Part shown: positions 25,301 to 49,557 of the stretch, in pieces
Position numbering within the stretch: position 1 is the stretch's first letter
Layout: each line of letters opens with the position of its first letter
Assembly: GCA_030141605.1 (NCBI GenBank)
Contig: JAQGDQ010000027.1
Coordinates: 915,306-979,305 of the forward strand
DNA from: Tubiluchus corallicola
Taxonomy: Eukaryota; Animalia; Priapulida
DNA: 64,000 bases
Direction: 5' to 3'
Program-made: the position numbers and the translations under genes
Notes under the pieces: generated by a model
Told to the model about the DNA's origin: nothing
Database searches by the model: none
What the model saw: the letters and a program-made list of their open reading frames with translations, nothing else

Positions 25301-28300
25301 TGGTAATACGTATGCTGCGACATTCCGGATAACCGTTGTCCCTGATGCTGCACCTGCCTACGAGCTGCATGTAGCAAATGTTATAACGTTAGTCAAAAGT
25401 TAGGATGTGGAAGATGCAAACATACTAGTATATTTACATAACTTCAGCTTGAAAAGCTTATTAAGCCATAACAATATGGAATAGCAAACATTCATATTGC
25501 TCTCGTTATCAATGCTTTAGAATTAAGCCAGCTGCACAGCAGCACCAGCACACAACACTTAGATTCATGGGTTTCTAATTTTTACAGTTGTCAAACAGCA
25601 CCTCTTTTATGAGGCTAGGTGGCTAGAGAGTGTCATAAAATGCTACAAGCATTTAATCAATTTTCTATAAAAATTTAAAGAACATCATTACCCTACACAC
25701 AGATGAAAATAATGTTCAACAATTTACAAACAGAACAACACACACAACAAAATCACCACAAAAATAAGCACAATGCATCATGTTAGCTGCACCAATGATT
25801 TTTCAACCATTGTTAGGTGCAACTTATTACAATGCATCTAATTATCACGAAAAAGTTAATGTCTTTTCTACAAGTCGTCCTATACAAAGGCAATGACATT
25901 GGTAAGAGCAACAACAGAACAATGTAAATATATGTCCACAGAAACATGAATTCATATAATTTACTACTGGGGTGTCTGTGGAAAAAGCCTTCTATCCAAC
26001 TTTACCTGTCAGACGGCAGAGCACATAAAATCTTGAAATTAAGTTCATATGCACTTACATATTTTCCGCAAACTTAAATTTACAATAATAACAACAAAGC
26101 AGACAGCAATAACGAAAAATAAAAACGCATTCTTACAACAAGCTTATGAAGTAATACACAATAATTTGTACAGTAGGTAAAAAAATGACCTTTTTACAAC
26201 TTTTTGTTACATGTGACATTCTGAATACATTATACTTTTATAGTCTTTAAACTCTCTAGTAAATATGAACAGACATTAGAGAAAGTAGTCGAAAAATCCT
26301 GTTTAATAAAAACTAACTTATAATAAAATTTTGCTAACTGCAGGAATTCGTAGTAATGTTATATTATTCTTAATTTGTTTGACTTTAACTTTTTAACTAC
26401 CATTTCAACAAATCATACGTGGTTATATCCTAAACACAGAAATATTAACTCCTCTCATTCAAACGAACATCCACACATTTATGCAAGCTGCATTATATGC
26501 ATCAATTTCTGTGCTATGCATACCTCTTTGTTTGTCTTCTTGACTGGGCCTCAAACCTTCCATCATATCCTTTTTTTCTTTAATTCCCTGATATTCAACC
26601 TAATGCAAAAAGGTGATATAAACATACTATTTATATAAATGGTTGCTGACCATTTTTTCAAATCGATTTTTAATTTGAGCAATGCAATTTAAATCTCAAT
26701 AAAAAAGGTTCAACAACATTACTATCACAACATATGAAAGGGGTAATTCAATCATGTAAAAAGTAAATTTTATCTCTCGCACGAGAATTGTTTAATTCAT
26801 CAATAATCAAGGTGAGATTAGCATTTTTAGCCAATCCTTGATAGACTAACTTTACATCTCATTCATTAATGACAGAAGTGACTGTCAAAATTACAAATGG
26901 CACAGTTTGCCTACTTACTTTAAAACAACAACAATCATTTCTTATCTACATTTAATAATTTATATAAATACCAAACTAATAGCTCTAGTATTTTCCCGTA
27001 ACCGCAGCGTTTCCGGATCATCCGCAACCTGAGTGAATTTTCCTTTTTCCTTTTCGAACTCTTTATGGTATTTGATCTAAGAAAGACACAAACTAATTTT
27101 TAGTAAGCAGGCCATACAGACATAATATTACCAATAACCTTAAATTAACAATATGTAAAAAATTTTAGGTTTAAAGACAAAAATCTAAATTTTAAATTAT
27201 AAAACTAAAATGCATTTTAACATATACATACTAAACTCTGATTCTCCGTATTTTGTGCAAGCCTCCTGTTTTCTGGTGTGTCTGCAACCGCAGTAAACTT
27301 TGTCGTTGGATAATGTCTGGAACAGATGAGAAAACACGTGATTATTTAGTTCTGTCTGATACTCAATATTACATGTCAAAAGACTGCATGACATTTAGCA
27401 GAACAGCAACATTATCCTATTAATTGAATCACCAGTATTCGCTCAGAATTTGTTGATATTTAGTTTTGGTATAACTTATTGGCAACAAGCGAAACACCAG
27501 TGATTACAGCAACAGGAAATAATACAAATAATTTTCTTCTATAGTGGAATCGCCGTGAATTGGGCCCAAAATGACCTGTATCTTGCACAAGAAATGGCGC
27601 AAACATTGAGTAATATACTTTGCTAAATCTTTGACTTGGTAGCCCAAAGTGAGTAAGATTTCCTGCTTCTACAAATTAGCATAACATATCTGTGGCTGTA
27701 TCAACAAGAAATAAATACAAGCAAATACAAAATGTGAATACACATATAATATAAGCTTACCTATATCCTACTGAATTGGTTTGTTTTTAATGCATCGGTA
27801 ACATGCAATTATATTTCCTGCTGATTACAAGCAATTTCACATAAATTTCCAGTAAAGCTCTTATTTCAGTCTCATTTCAAAATTAATTGTCAGTAACACA
27901 AAACTGTTGTTGTAACTTTATACATTCGATAGAGCCTGACTGATATCATAATGGTATTTATTGCTGTGTTCTGCTAAACAGTTACATGTTTTTCCAAAAT
28001 TTCTGACGCTTATCAATTATCATGCCTGACTCAAAACGAATAAATTAAATAAAATTTTTATTTCCAGATTAACAATGAGTGATTGGACGAAAACACACAA
28101 CTGCCAATATTTTTAGACCAAATGTAAAGAAGTCAGAAAGGAACTGGGATTTTTCTTTAGGTTCACAAGCTGGTTTGTGAGGTATTAGGATTCAACTAAG
28201 GATCACAGTTGGTTGAGTTAGTAATTTAAAACAATGGACCTGTAATCCAATTAATTTAAATAATCTAAGTTTCCATTTGCTTTATTAATTTAGAACAACG

Positions 28301-31300
28301 AATTCATTCAGTCAAACTGTACTAAGTGTAATAACACGGATTCCTTCTTAATGTCAACAACAGTAACAATGAATAAAAAAAATCCACAATTAAAAACAAA
28401 AAGAAACAAAGGGCTGAACGAGTTCTCTGTTTCATGAAATTGAAATGAATCGTATTACGAATATCTACCAAATCCAGTGAATAAGAAAATCTCATAATTA
28501 AAAAAAGGAAGCAAGAAAGGCTGAACGAGTTTCTGTTGTAACTTGTTCTGTGAGAGAGACTAATTATTTTTACACTTCCTTGTTCTTTGCTTGTGTCTTT
28601 AACTGCTGTGCTTCTGTGTTGTCACATTATACTTTTGTAAAAAAGTTTAAATTAACAGGCTAACATGGAGCTTTTGAAATCACTTTTACTTTTATAGAAG
28701 TGCACTGATTATGCACTTCTACCACCACACACTTTCTCCCCAGTAGTATGTGAACTGTGAAGTGTAAATACTACTGTATTATGAAGGCCACATTTCTGCA
28801 GGCTAGGTTAAGTCTACGTCAAAAGAATTCAAATGTTTCAATGTTTAGCTAAGGTGTAGGTGGGAATGTTTGATTGATAAGTTCAACTAGTTGCAACTCC
28901 TACTGCAATAACTGCGTGCACACAGGAAAAGACCTACCTAAACTAACACAAAAACTCTTACTGAAAGTCAAATTATTTTGAAGTCTAAAAAAAGTTAAGT
29001 AGCACACAAAACTATATGCAGAAATAGTGTAAAGAATGTTATTAATTTGTTTCAAGCACCATTAAGCTTCAAACACTGTACTTATCATTCAGTGACAAAT
29101 AACTATAAGCTCCAGCTTAAATTATACTCAGGAAATGTGTAGCTGTTTATACATGCTGTATTCTATATTTAATTCTCACATAAACATAAGCCCCTAGATT
29201 GACATTTAAATTCAAATTTCTATTGATGGGACTTGTGTGTACTAGTACCAACTACCAATACGTGCTTACAAAATTATTACCTTTGATGAACACCAATTTC
29301 GAAAAAGGACATAAGCAAAATTATTTAACAAGAGTCATCTATTTTTTAATAGTAAATAAACACCTTGACGGGCAGTATTAAATCCAACCACAACAAACTG
29401 CTGAAAAAATATTCTGAACACAAAGTAAACATTTACGATTATACTTTTATTTTATTGACAGCCAGCATTAACGAATGACTAATTAATTTCTCAGCATAAT
29501 GAATGTAAACCGAAACCATCCCCTACATACTAACAATATCCAAAGAAGTTGCAAGCAAACTAGTTATCTATAAACGTCCAGGGATTGTTCAATGAATAAA
29601 ACATGAAAAATGTCATTCAGTCAAGCATTTACTCTAAGCTGAGCACATACACCCAAAAAAATGCTTGCAGGTAGTTAAGACCAGTAACGTTTAGTGGCAA
29701 ACCAAGTACGGATCTTACTTACTGATTAAAAGAATTTAGCATCAGTGACATTTACAGCACACTTATATGTAGAAGCCCACAAAAGCAAACTTGAAACTTT
29801 GGAAAAAAATCAGTTGTTCATTCTCTGATTTCAAATTAAGGAGGATAAATTACAGCTACAATGATACAAAGAATTTCAGCTACATCTAAAATAGAATAGT
29901 AAAAAATCATGATATGAAAACAGAACTTGAACTAGGACCGACATGATAAAACTGATGACAATTAATTATGCAGAATAAAATACAATTTTAACATGTAATA
30001 CTACAGTTAATTATGAAATAATACTATTATTAGCATTAATGTAAAAGAAGACTGGATTAATAAAACAGTAATGTGTAAATACAGGCTTTTGATCCTAAAA
30101 ACCTTGGATATTTAGGCAAATCTGCAACAATCACAAACTTTCAATGTTCAATCCGTTTACTCAATCTCTGCAGCCAAATGAGAATTGTTTCCTACAGTCA
30201 TCTAGTTTCCATTTATTTACCACTTATTATTATTAAGTATTTAAATTTGCTCCAAAAACTGTAAAGATAGCTTCAATTTAATATGTTTGTCGTATCCATT
30301 TTATTTTTCATTAAACAAATTATAACTTTATTAACTAGCTGTAGAGTAGTAAATAGACTACTCTGCAGTTACTTTAAAAAATTTGATATTTAAAGGAAGA
30401 CCGGGCGATTGTTTAGATTCAATCTCATTTTATTTTACTGTCCAAAATATACATCTTCTTGCCTATAAAAGTTAATAATTGTTCCTCATATTTGAATAAT
30501 TAGCTTAGAAAGTTAATTAACGGCAACCGAACACAGCTATTGCTTACGTCGGAAACTAACCACAGTTTGTTCAAAGGCAGGCGTCTTCCCTTGCATGTCA
30601 AGCACATTTGCATAGGTGTCACAGTACTGCTTAAACGCATGATGTCACGAAAAATGGGGTCATGGTTACATCATATGACGTCATGAAACTAACACAGCAG
30701 TTCATGATCATGGTTATCACAGTACCGCCTTCTATTTGTCGGCCACGCGAATGTGACAAAAAGGCGCCGCTGCCAATCTTAGTAGATTCACTCAGCTGCG
30801 CATAGCTTTGAAAGTTTAACGAAATTTAAGTATCCGAGGTAATTATTATTTAATCTAAGCTTTGATTTAAAATAAGCTATTGTAGCTTTCAATATTTTAG
30901 AGCATTCTTTTCTCTGAACTCATGTTTACACAATCATCCGGTCTTCCTTTAATGATCAATCATAAAGTAATCATTAAAGATATTATTCTGGATAAGCAAG
31001 CATACCATATTATGCAACAAAAATTAAACAATACTCACGCATTACAGTATGGTTTTTTCTCGTAACCTTTGTAATTTTTCATATTTAACGTCATTCCACA
31101 CACTTGACATTTGAAGCAGGCCTTGTGCCACACCTACACATACCATATATCTCTATAGGTCATAATATTAGATAAATCTTAATGCTAGTTAAATTAGAAA
31201 CAATGGTTCTTCAATGTCAATAAACAAAAATTGGTCTACGATAAAATTGTATTATTTTGCATGTTAGAAGAAATTGCAGGAAGACTGTTTAACACGTGTG

Positions 31301-32646
31301 CTTAACTGTGCACATGTCATATGTGTCTTGCTGTAAAAATTAATTTTTCTGGAATGCAAACCATTAGATTTACTATCTTACTGAGTTTTTGTCTTGATAC
31401 ATGTCGGTTTCGAGATGTAAATTACTACTATGACAAAACGGCAGCTAGGAAGCTGAAATTTGGTACAATGATGTTTTGTCATAGTAGTAATTTACTCAAA
31501 CATATTTGTAAAATGTACAAACAGTTTAACTTTAGTAATATGCTATGTTCCAGATGATGCAATTCCATCAATTCCTTTATTTTTGGGACATCCAACAATT
31601 TTTTTGCAATAGTGCTCCATCTGTGATATCACAATACCAAAAAAACATGCCACACCATCGACACTGGTCAAACAACAACACCCACACACAATGCCACAAA
31701 ACAAAAACAACAACAAAAAAATTTTGCACAATGTTTAAATTGCATGAAACGACAAATGCGTGGAAAGATCAGCAATAATGCGCAAACATTCTACAAAATT
31801 TTTGCTTTCTGCTTTGAAAACGATGGTAGTAAATAATGAAAGAACATTCTACATAGATAATGCTTACTGATTTTGAAAAGCTAAGACTGCCAGACCTTAA
31901 TTACTTGATTGTCAATGAGTCAGCTAGGTCAGCCTAGGTAGTATCTCACTGAGCACTATTAATACAACATAGGGATTAGGGGAATAAAATCATCTATATC
32001 ATCCTTTTTGTGTGTTTTTAAGCTTAATCCGTTTATTCGTATCTTTGTTAGTGGTCTGAAATAGGTTTTTAAACGTTAATAAACAATTCCATTTGGATAA
32101 TTAACCTCTTGGTAAAGAAATCATAGCGGTAAAGAAGCCATCACAGCAGTTAAAAATTCCGTCTGCTAATAGAATACCATACCTACAGCAGGTGGCACTT
32201 ATCCGGATCAGGTAATAAACAAGGCCGGTAATTACTCGGGCACCTGATGAAAACACTAAGTAATAAATATATACAATGCCTATTCTTTCAGACAACATTA
32301 AACAGTTTTTACGACCTCAAGCAACAATAATCAACAGCACAATTGCAGAAGAATGATGTCCGCGATTGGAATTGGCAGATTATTCAACCAGAACCAGAAC
32401 AAGAGGCAATAGCGTCGGAAAATTTCACGTTCTGCAAGTAACAACTGCTTCGAATTCAACAATACACCAAAGAACAAAAACTACGACTAGAGAAATAAGG
32501 GTTATACACTGCTCTAACTGAATATCAGCAGAAATATCATAATGTAATGGCAGGTTATTATGTATAAAATTTCACACCTTGTCTAAACACTTTAATTCCT
32601 CGATAGGATATACAGTTTTTTGGCAATTATCACACTTTTTATTCAT
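19129..32646 (-). CDS. Lasp: LIM and SH3 domain protein Lasp (LIM, nebulin repeats, linker, SH3), ~326 aa, 10 exons
   Basis: Exons in transcript order: 32578-32646, 31039-31133, 27232-27316, 26972-27076, 26524-26599, 25266-25364, 24123-24242, 20505-20606, 20100-20149, 19129-19308. All GT-AG and in phase. LIM C-C-H-C-C-C-C-H, nebulin VADTPE/VADDPE, SH3 AVYDY...GWM...GMLPANYV. Confidence 0.94.
20100..20149 (-). CDS. Lasp: Lasp exon ([16 protein letters not shown])
   Basis: Phase 1-0 bridge to the SH3 exon; GTTAGT donor. Confidence 0.85.
20505..20606 (-). CDS. Lasp: Lasp linker exon ([28 protein letters not shown]...)
   Basis: 102 nt, phase 1-1, VGSI.xYDP motif recalled from invertebrate Lasp linkers. 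Confidence 0.9.
24123..24242 (-). CDS. Lasp: Lasp linker exon ([15 protein letters not shown]...VIYRSGDGQ)
   Basis: 120 nt, phase 1-1, tttgacag acceptor, GTGAGG donor. Confidence 0.85.
25266..25364 (-). CDS. Lasp: Lasp linker exon, possibly alternative (RRQVQHQG...[10 protein letters not shown])
   Basis: 99 nt, phase 1-1, Q/P-rich; weak donor GTGCCT. Confidence 0.6.
26524..26599 (-). CDS. Lasp: Lasp exon 5 ([25 protein letters not shown])
   Basis: AG/GT sites, phase 0-1, completes the SxxxY nebulin motif. Confidence 0.88.
26972..27076 (-). CDS. Lasp: Lasp exon 4 ([35 protein letters not shown])
   Basis: 35-codon nebulin-repeat exon, phase 0-0. Confidence 0.95.
27232..27316 (-). CDS. Lasp: Lasp exon 3 ([28 protein letters not shown])
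   Basis: LIM end plus nebulin repeat; splice sites in phase. Confidence 0.95.
30394..30948 (+). mobile_element. Kolobok-type non-autonomous DNA transposon (MITE) in Lasp intron 2
   Basis: TTAA|AGGAAGACCGGGCGATTGT ... ACAATCATCCGGTCTTCCT|TTAA: TIRs, TTAA TSD, AG..CT termini; second copy at 49037-49557. Confidence 0.85.
31039..31133 (-). CDS. Lasp: Lasp exon 2 ([32 protein letters not shown])
   Basis: Close match to the recalled LASP1 LIM sequence; GTGAGT donor. Confidence 0.96.
32578..32646 (-). CDS. Lasp: Lasp exon 1 ([23 protein letters not shown])
   Basis: ATG, LIM N-terminal half, GT donor. Confidence 0.94.
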
Positions 32647-32780
32647 TTTTGTTGCCGGAATGTCAATAAACTAAGCAAAATTTAAATACGGCAGTTGCAG
32701 CTAAATTTTGCAAAGATCCCCGATTCTATTATGATTTACGATCACAAAATTTCATTCCACTTTTAGTCTTCCACTTCTAT

Positions 32781-32830
32781 CAACATGGCGAGCCCGTGGT
32801 CACGTGATAATAACAACGTGCCGTGATTGG
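32781..32830 (-). promoter_or_regulatory. Lasp proximal promoter motifs
   Basis: YY1-like AACATGGCG (32782-90), E-box GTCACGTGA (32799-807) and CCAAT on minus (32826-30), ~140-180 bp upstream of the ATG in a locally CpG-rich patch. Confidence 0.5.
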
Positions 32831-33787
32831 ACGACAGACTATCCAGGCTTCGTCTACGGGCTCTTTGCTACGACTACACAGTTCTAAATAAAATAAAAAG
32901 ATTTTAATAAGGTATTTTCATTTATTAAATTTTTCAACAATTGCAATATTAATATGTTGCTTTTAATAATCTGGATACAGAAGAAACTGCTATACATTCA
33001 TATAGAAGAGGCACTTTGGTATGTCGACAATTCTGTCAAGGCAATAAGGCAATCTGTCTTTGTCAAGACAATAAAGTACTTGAAATTATTACCGCCATTG
33101 CTTGATCCGGGTGACACTGTAAGCAAGTGCCAATAAATTTTAGTGGAAATATTAAACATGTATGTACAAGAAAATACATTTTTACAAATACGATATCAAC
33201 ATATCTGACTGCTGCACAATAGCGAGAACTTGACCAAAACCAACTGCCTCGAAATCGGATTCTGGCCATTGTGCACAACTGTGCAAGAATTTCTTTACTT
33301 TTATACATTGTGTGACTCGCATTTTCAGTTGCTTCATATTACACAAGACATCGACCCCACGTAGCCATGTACCAAAAATTACGGCCCTAGCTTAAGCACT
33401 ATAGGAGCGGATAGTACCTCGTGAAAAGTAAATGAAGACCCACCCCACCATACCATTCTCTTTGCCTAGGGAGTGTGGCCTGTAACACTGGCGTCCCCAG
33501 TATTCTGAGACGGCGTCACTAAAAGTAGCTACCCCGATTAAATAAGTACAAGTACAATGATTTCCCATTGCAACATAATAGTAATAATTATGTCATAGTG
33601 AGAAATAAATTCTGTTGTCTTTCATGCTACCTGGGAAATCACTGGCCCACACAGTTTAAACAGGAAACTTTCATTTGCTAAGTTTTATTTGTATGCCGTT
33701 TTATATTTTCCAATCATTGGTCACAAAATTTAATTACGAGGAAAAGTAATACTTCCACTGAAGCGAATTTGAAATTATATAATATTA

Positions 33788-34437
33788 GAGAAGTGTCTCA
33801 GAAGTCAATAGACATTTTATATTTGATATATTTTTAACAAACAGTTAAAACAAATGTTTGAAAACTGACGCATATGAACTAAAGTTTCGACATTTTTGGA
33901 CGAAAATATAAAAAAGTACTACTGTATTGATGGGCGTTTCTATTTTCCGTACTTTCTTCAAAGCACTCTTGCTAATGATTAGCACGCGCATTCCATTATC
34001 AGCAAGCATTTCAAGTTAAATGTTTGCAAAACAAACTCTAATAAATGTTTTTGGAGTTTATGAAGGACAATTGAAGGTGTCCTGATCTCTTTACAATTAT
34101 AAATTTTTGCCGCTTGTAAAAATGTAAGATATTTAATCTGTGGCAGCTCGCAAAGTTGCAGTGACAACATAATGTATTCTAATATACGCAATGCTGTTCT
34201 GAATTTCCCCTGCACTCCAATTTACGATCGAAGGATTTCTTTCTAGACTGACGGGTTGAGATTTTACACCTCATTTCTAACGTTACTGCCGTCGCCATAG
34301 TAACGGTATTTCAGTCGAAATTTAAAATTAATTAGAAAAATTGTCAAGGACCGCTCTCGATTGACCCCAAAGTTTGTTAATACTAGATGAAAAGTTAAAA
34401 AAACAGAAATCAGCGTATACAGACTTTTGAGCCACCT
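33788..34437 (+). mobile_element. Decayed Tc1/mariner-type MITE
   Basis: Imperfect TIRs (gtgtctcagaagtc / gacttttgagccac); internal similarity to the inverted copy at 44420-44947. Confidence 0.5.
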
Positions 34438-34654
34438 ATTATATTATTGAAGAACGCAACATTATAGCAGTTTTATGCTAACACTGGTCACCAAGAAAAT
34501 AATAGACAATCTGAACAACAGAAATATGTTATAAAAATTTAATAACAGTTTGTCTTTTATTCCATAAAAAGATTTACATTAAACTAAAACACCAAAGTTT
34601 CCAACGGCTTTAGACTACTGTTCTAATTAGCCATTCTGAAAAGCAGCTATAATT

Positions 34655-34718
34655 AATGAGTTATAGGCTCGAATTAACAACCAATCAATGAGTTATAGGC
34701 TCGAATTAACAACCAATC
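34655..34718. repeat. Perfect 32-bp tandem duplication
   Basis: aatgagttataggctcgaattaacaaccaatc x2. Confidence 0.9.
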
Positions 34719-35073
34719 AATCAAAGCATAATATAGGATAAAAGATTACGTAAGACAACATATATGGTGCATATGCACGAACCATTACGAACTCGGTAAA
34801 ATATGTAAATTTTTGTGGTATGCCCATATAGGTCTACTGATCAGACTTAACTATAAAGATGACAATATTTTTTAACACTTTGAATGTGTGCAGTTACTAG
34901 GTTCAAACAACCATTGCTGAAAGATCTACATTTTTAACAAAACAAATTATTGTTTTTAACAACACAATTCATTGATTAAAATAAATAGTACATGGTAAGC
35001 TGACAAAATATACCTGCCTGAGACAAACTAAGAGTTAAAACCAAAACTTGGTTCACATCTGTTTAGCTTGTGT

Positions 35074-35079
35074 TTTATT
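35074..35079 (-). terminator. Candidate polyadenylation signal of the short Lasp paralog
   Basis: AATAAA ~200 nt downstream of the TAG. Confidence 0.5.
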
Positions 35080-35282
35080 CCTTGTACAGTTATAAATATG
35101 AGACACAGACGTCATAACTTGCGCAGCATATTGAAAGCTATATTAAACATTCGTGTTTAACTTTGCAAAGAATCCAAAATTGACATAATTAATTCAGTAC
35201 AAAGAGAATTTGCTTGTTAAGGAGCAGACACTTGACTTGTGGTAACGTAGTAGTTAAGAGCTGGTGTAGTGAACGGCGTGGC

Positions 35283-46078
<10,796 letters not shown>

Positions 46079-46242
46079 CTTGGCTTCTTTTTTGTAGTAA
46101 TCAAAGTCCTCGCCACAAAACTTTACTCAAGCTTCACCCTTCTAGATAGTGCGCGGGGAAACGTTTTACATGTTGCCATTCTTCATTTTTCGTGTCGTGT
46201 GCAAAAGTAAGGCGATGCCTCTCCAAAACGGGCAGACAGGAC

Positions 46243-46248
46243 TTTATA
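46243..46248 (-). promoter_or_regulatory. Candidate TATA box of the short Lasp paralog
   Basis: TATAAA on minus, ~165 bp upstream of the ATG in a relatively GC-rich context. Confidence 0.4.
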
Positions 46249-49036
46249 TCATCCAGGAGTGGGAGATGCTATTTCGGTAATTCAGAAAAGCGAATGAAGC
46301 TGAACTAATGAAGCATAACCCGATAAAGCCCAGGATGAGTAACTATAGAAGCAAAACACACCATTCACAGTATGTACCCACTATCCTAAGAACGTGTGGA
46401 GTTACTAAAGGCCCCTCTCAATAGTCTTCTAAAGGGGCTTTGGAGTTACATATGTGCAGGACAACGCCATTCCTATAAATGAGGTGGCATGAGAACAAAC
46501 TGCTATACACCTGGATTTTTATAATCGATAAATAAGAACGGTAACTAAATCGACCTGGTTTTAATTTTACTTATGAAGTGTTGTGTATGTTGTATACATA
46601 TTTTTGTGTATTTGTTAATTGTAATTTTGCTCTAGGAGGTGCTTTGTTAGGTTCTATGATCTTGTTTTGATCCTGAAACGTTAGATTTGTGAAATAAATC
46701 ATGTCACTTCTTATATAGGTGCTAGTGTTTTCTTTTTGACTAAACTTCGTTTTAGCAAAAAATCGATAAAAAATTAATTCACTTTTCAAGGGAGAATAAA
46801 AGGGGAATTTTAATGTATGTCTCAAAAACTTTCCATACAAAGTTATAATTGCTTAGTATCGCGTTTGCCTATTGCCTAACTTTCACTGTTAATACTGGCA
46901 CATCACATCTTTAGACCAGCATATTCACCTTTGTATAGTACTCGTATTCTGGCAGCCGTATGGTCGTGAACATACAAGCTCGCTCAGTGAGTAAGTTTAT
47001 TCTTCATCGTATTAACTTTTTTTGGATTTTTTTGATAAACTGACCTAACACATTAATCATTTACAGCATTCTCTTTAGAAATGGTTTATTTTGTAAGTTA
47101 CTTCTTCCCTAATGCCTTCATGCCAAACTTTGTAACACTTCGTATTTGTTTGTTTATTAAACAACTCACTGAAGCAGTGTCCGACTTTACCGAAAGGCCT
47201 AGGCTAATGTCGGACAAATGAATTTGTGTGTCCGACTTTAGCCTGAAGTAATTGGTTATGTAGGTAAATAACATAGATTTAATTTTGGCCATGTGAGTCA
47301 AAATGTAAAAGTAGCATGATCGTTGTTTGTTTTAGAAACATGAGGAGAAACCGTTATCAAAATAGATGGAAAGAAAAGATGCTGCAAACATAAAAAACTT
47401 AAAGAATAAGAGATGAAAAAGAGGAAAACTGACCAAATGCAATCTGCCATCAAATCTAATCTAATTTATACACACACACACACGCGCACGCGCGCACACA
47501 TACTGGCGCACGTATAGGCATAGCCGCATATGCATAAATCTGCCTGTGATGGTTCGGGTTAGAAGAGCCACAGGTACCCGAAAACCACCTTTTGACGTAG
47601 CGTGTGCCGAAAGGTGTACGCTAATTTTAAGATATGTTCATAAACTGTTCATGGGAATAAATATTCTGTTCGTAGTTTTCCTAAATAATACGCGGGTTGT
47701 TTTCTTTTCATTGGTTAACGACATTTTACCCGACTCTCAATAAACAAGTAAAGACATGTAACAACAAATTTGATAAGATTCCAAATATTCAAAAAAAAAT
47801 GACAATGAGCATCAATGTACAAAAAAGGAAAATCCTTTTCCCAGAATACTGGCGATCTACCCGGGGGTTTGCTGAGTGTTCACTGGCGGTACAACAGTCC
47901 ACACTGGCAGTCACAGATTACAGATTTCTTGCATGACAGTGTCGCACAGACAACGTTCTCGACATGGTAAACAATTTAACGTCTACGTGAAGATAATAAG
48001 ATCCCCATACGGCGATGGAAACAGCCATCACACTCCTCAAGTGAAACTGACCACTTTACAGTCTACCATCCATGTGGTGTTAACCCAGTAAATGGCAGTT
48101 AGCAGTAGGTGATTTACGATAGTAATAACATGATTAGAAGTATACCGTTACGTCTTTCTGCTAACGTCTCCTCGGGTCCGTGAAACTTGAACCGGAACTC
48201 GGGGACCACATCACATGTCTTGACATCAAACTGAGACAGGATACAAGACGGAAGGTACTTAACGTGTAGAGGTACCTCCGTTTAACACAGGAAAAACCAC
48301 TCTCTACTGCTAAGTGGCATAGAATCGGCAGGTAAAAAAAATCTAGGTCACACTGCTCACGTGAACGTTTGGCTTCAGTGATTTAACGTTAAGGTAAAGA
48401 TCTTCCTCTACGATGGAGTACTCGTGTAGCCACCCAAAATGCGATTTTGTAGAACATCAGATTAAATTAAAAATGCAAAAGAAAAGTAAATTTTATCTCT
48501 TCATCATCAGCCTAGCCTATGAATGTAAACAAATAATGTGCACGGCTGTTATGCTAGTGATTCCCTACATTACCATACTGGACCATCACATTGCCCAACC
48601 TCTCCCATACGACAACAGCAGAGTTTTATATACGGCACAGTAAATTCACGGCAAATTATGCAAGCTTTTATGTCTTTTACTAACTCAATGCAGAACTTAG
48701 ACAAAAATTATCAGTTTTAAAAATCATAATAAACTCAAAGTGCACAAGATAATAAGTTTATGCTTCAGCGTTGGCGTATAATACCTGGCCACGTAACAAA
48801 AACTTGTCAAGCTGATTTGTATTGATTCCGTAGAGGGTACTCAAAGGGGAGACGGTGATTTCGGGAATTAAACCGAACTGAAAATGGATAAGATTTGCAG
48901 ATTTACCTTACCATGTGATGACCGTATTCAAGTTTGCATGCTGTGTTTTTTTCGGCAGCTATAAACAAAACTGTCAGTCAGTATCTGCTGGTGTCCGACA
49001 TTACCCCATTTTTTGAAATGACCTAGGAAAGTATAA

Positions 49037-49557
49037 AGGAAAACCGGACGATTGTGTCAACATTAGTTCAGAATAAAGAATACCCTAAAATAACGAAAGC
49101 TACAATAACTTTTTTCAATCAAAACTTAGATAAAATAATAATTACCTCGGATACCCAAATTCTGTTAAACTTTCAAAGCTACGCGCGGCTCAGGGAATCT
49201 ACTAAGATTGGCAACGGCGCCTTTTGTCGCATGTGCGTGGCCGACAAATAGAAGGCGGTACCGTGATAGCCATGATCATGAATTGCAGTTAGTTTCTGGC
49301 GTCATATAACGTAGAGCCCATTTTCGTGGCACACGCGTTTAAGCAGTACTCTAACACCTACGCCTACAGCCTACCATTGCACAAACTGTGGTTAGTTTCT
49401 GACGTAGGCAATAGCTGTATTCGGTTACAGTTAATAATTTTTTTAAGCTAATTATTCAAATATACGAAACAATTGCTAACTTTCATAGGCAAGAAAATGT
49501 AAATCTGGGATAGTAAATTAAAATGAGATTGAGTCTAAACAATCGTCCGGTTTTCCT
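49037..49557 (-). mobile_element. Second, inverted copy of the Kolobok-type MITE
   Basis: TIRs AGGAAAACCGGACGATTGT / ACAATCGTCCGGTTTTCCT; interior resembles the reverse complement of 30394-30948 (e.g. gccgacaaatagaaggcggtac); TSD degenerate. Confidence 0.8.

Noticed and set aside
28570-28645. Minus-strand [22 protein letters not shown], faintly nebulin-like
   Set aside because: In-frame stops, weak similarity and no compatible splice sites; likely chance.
48912-48958. Minus-strand 47-nt exon-like segment ending ATG|GTAAG, a possible upstream exon of mini-Lasp
   Set aside because: Lies among repeat fragments, and there is no good acceptor upstream of paralog exon 1.
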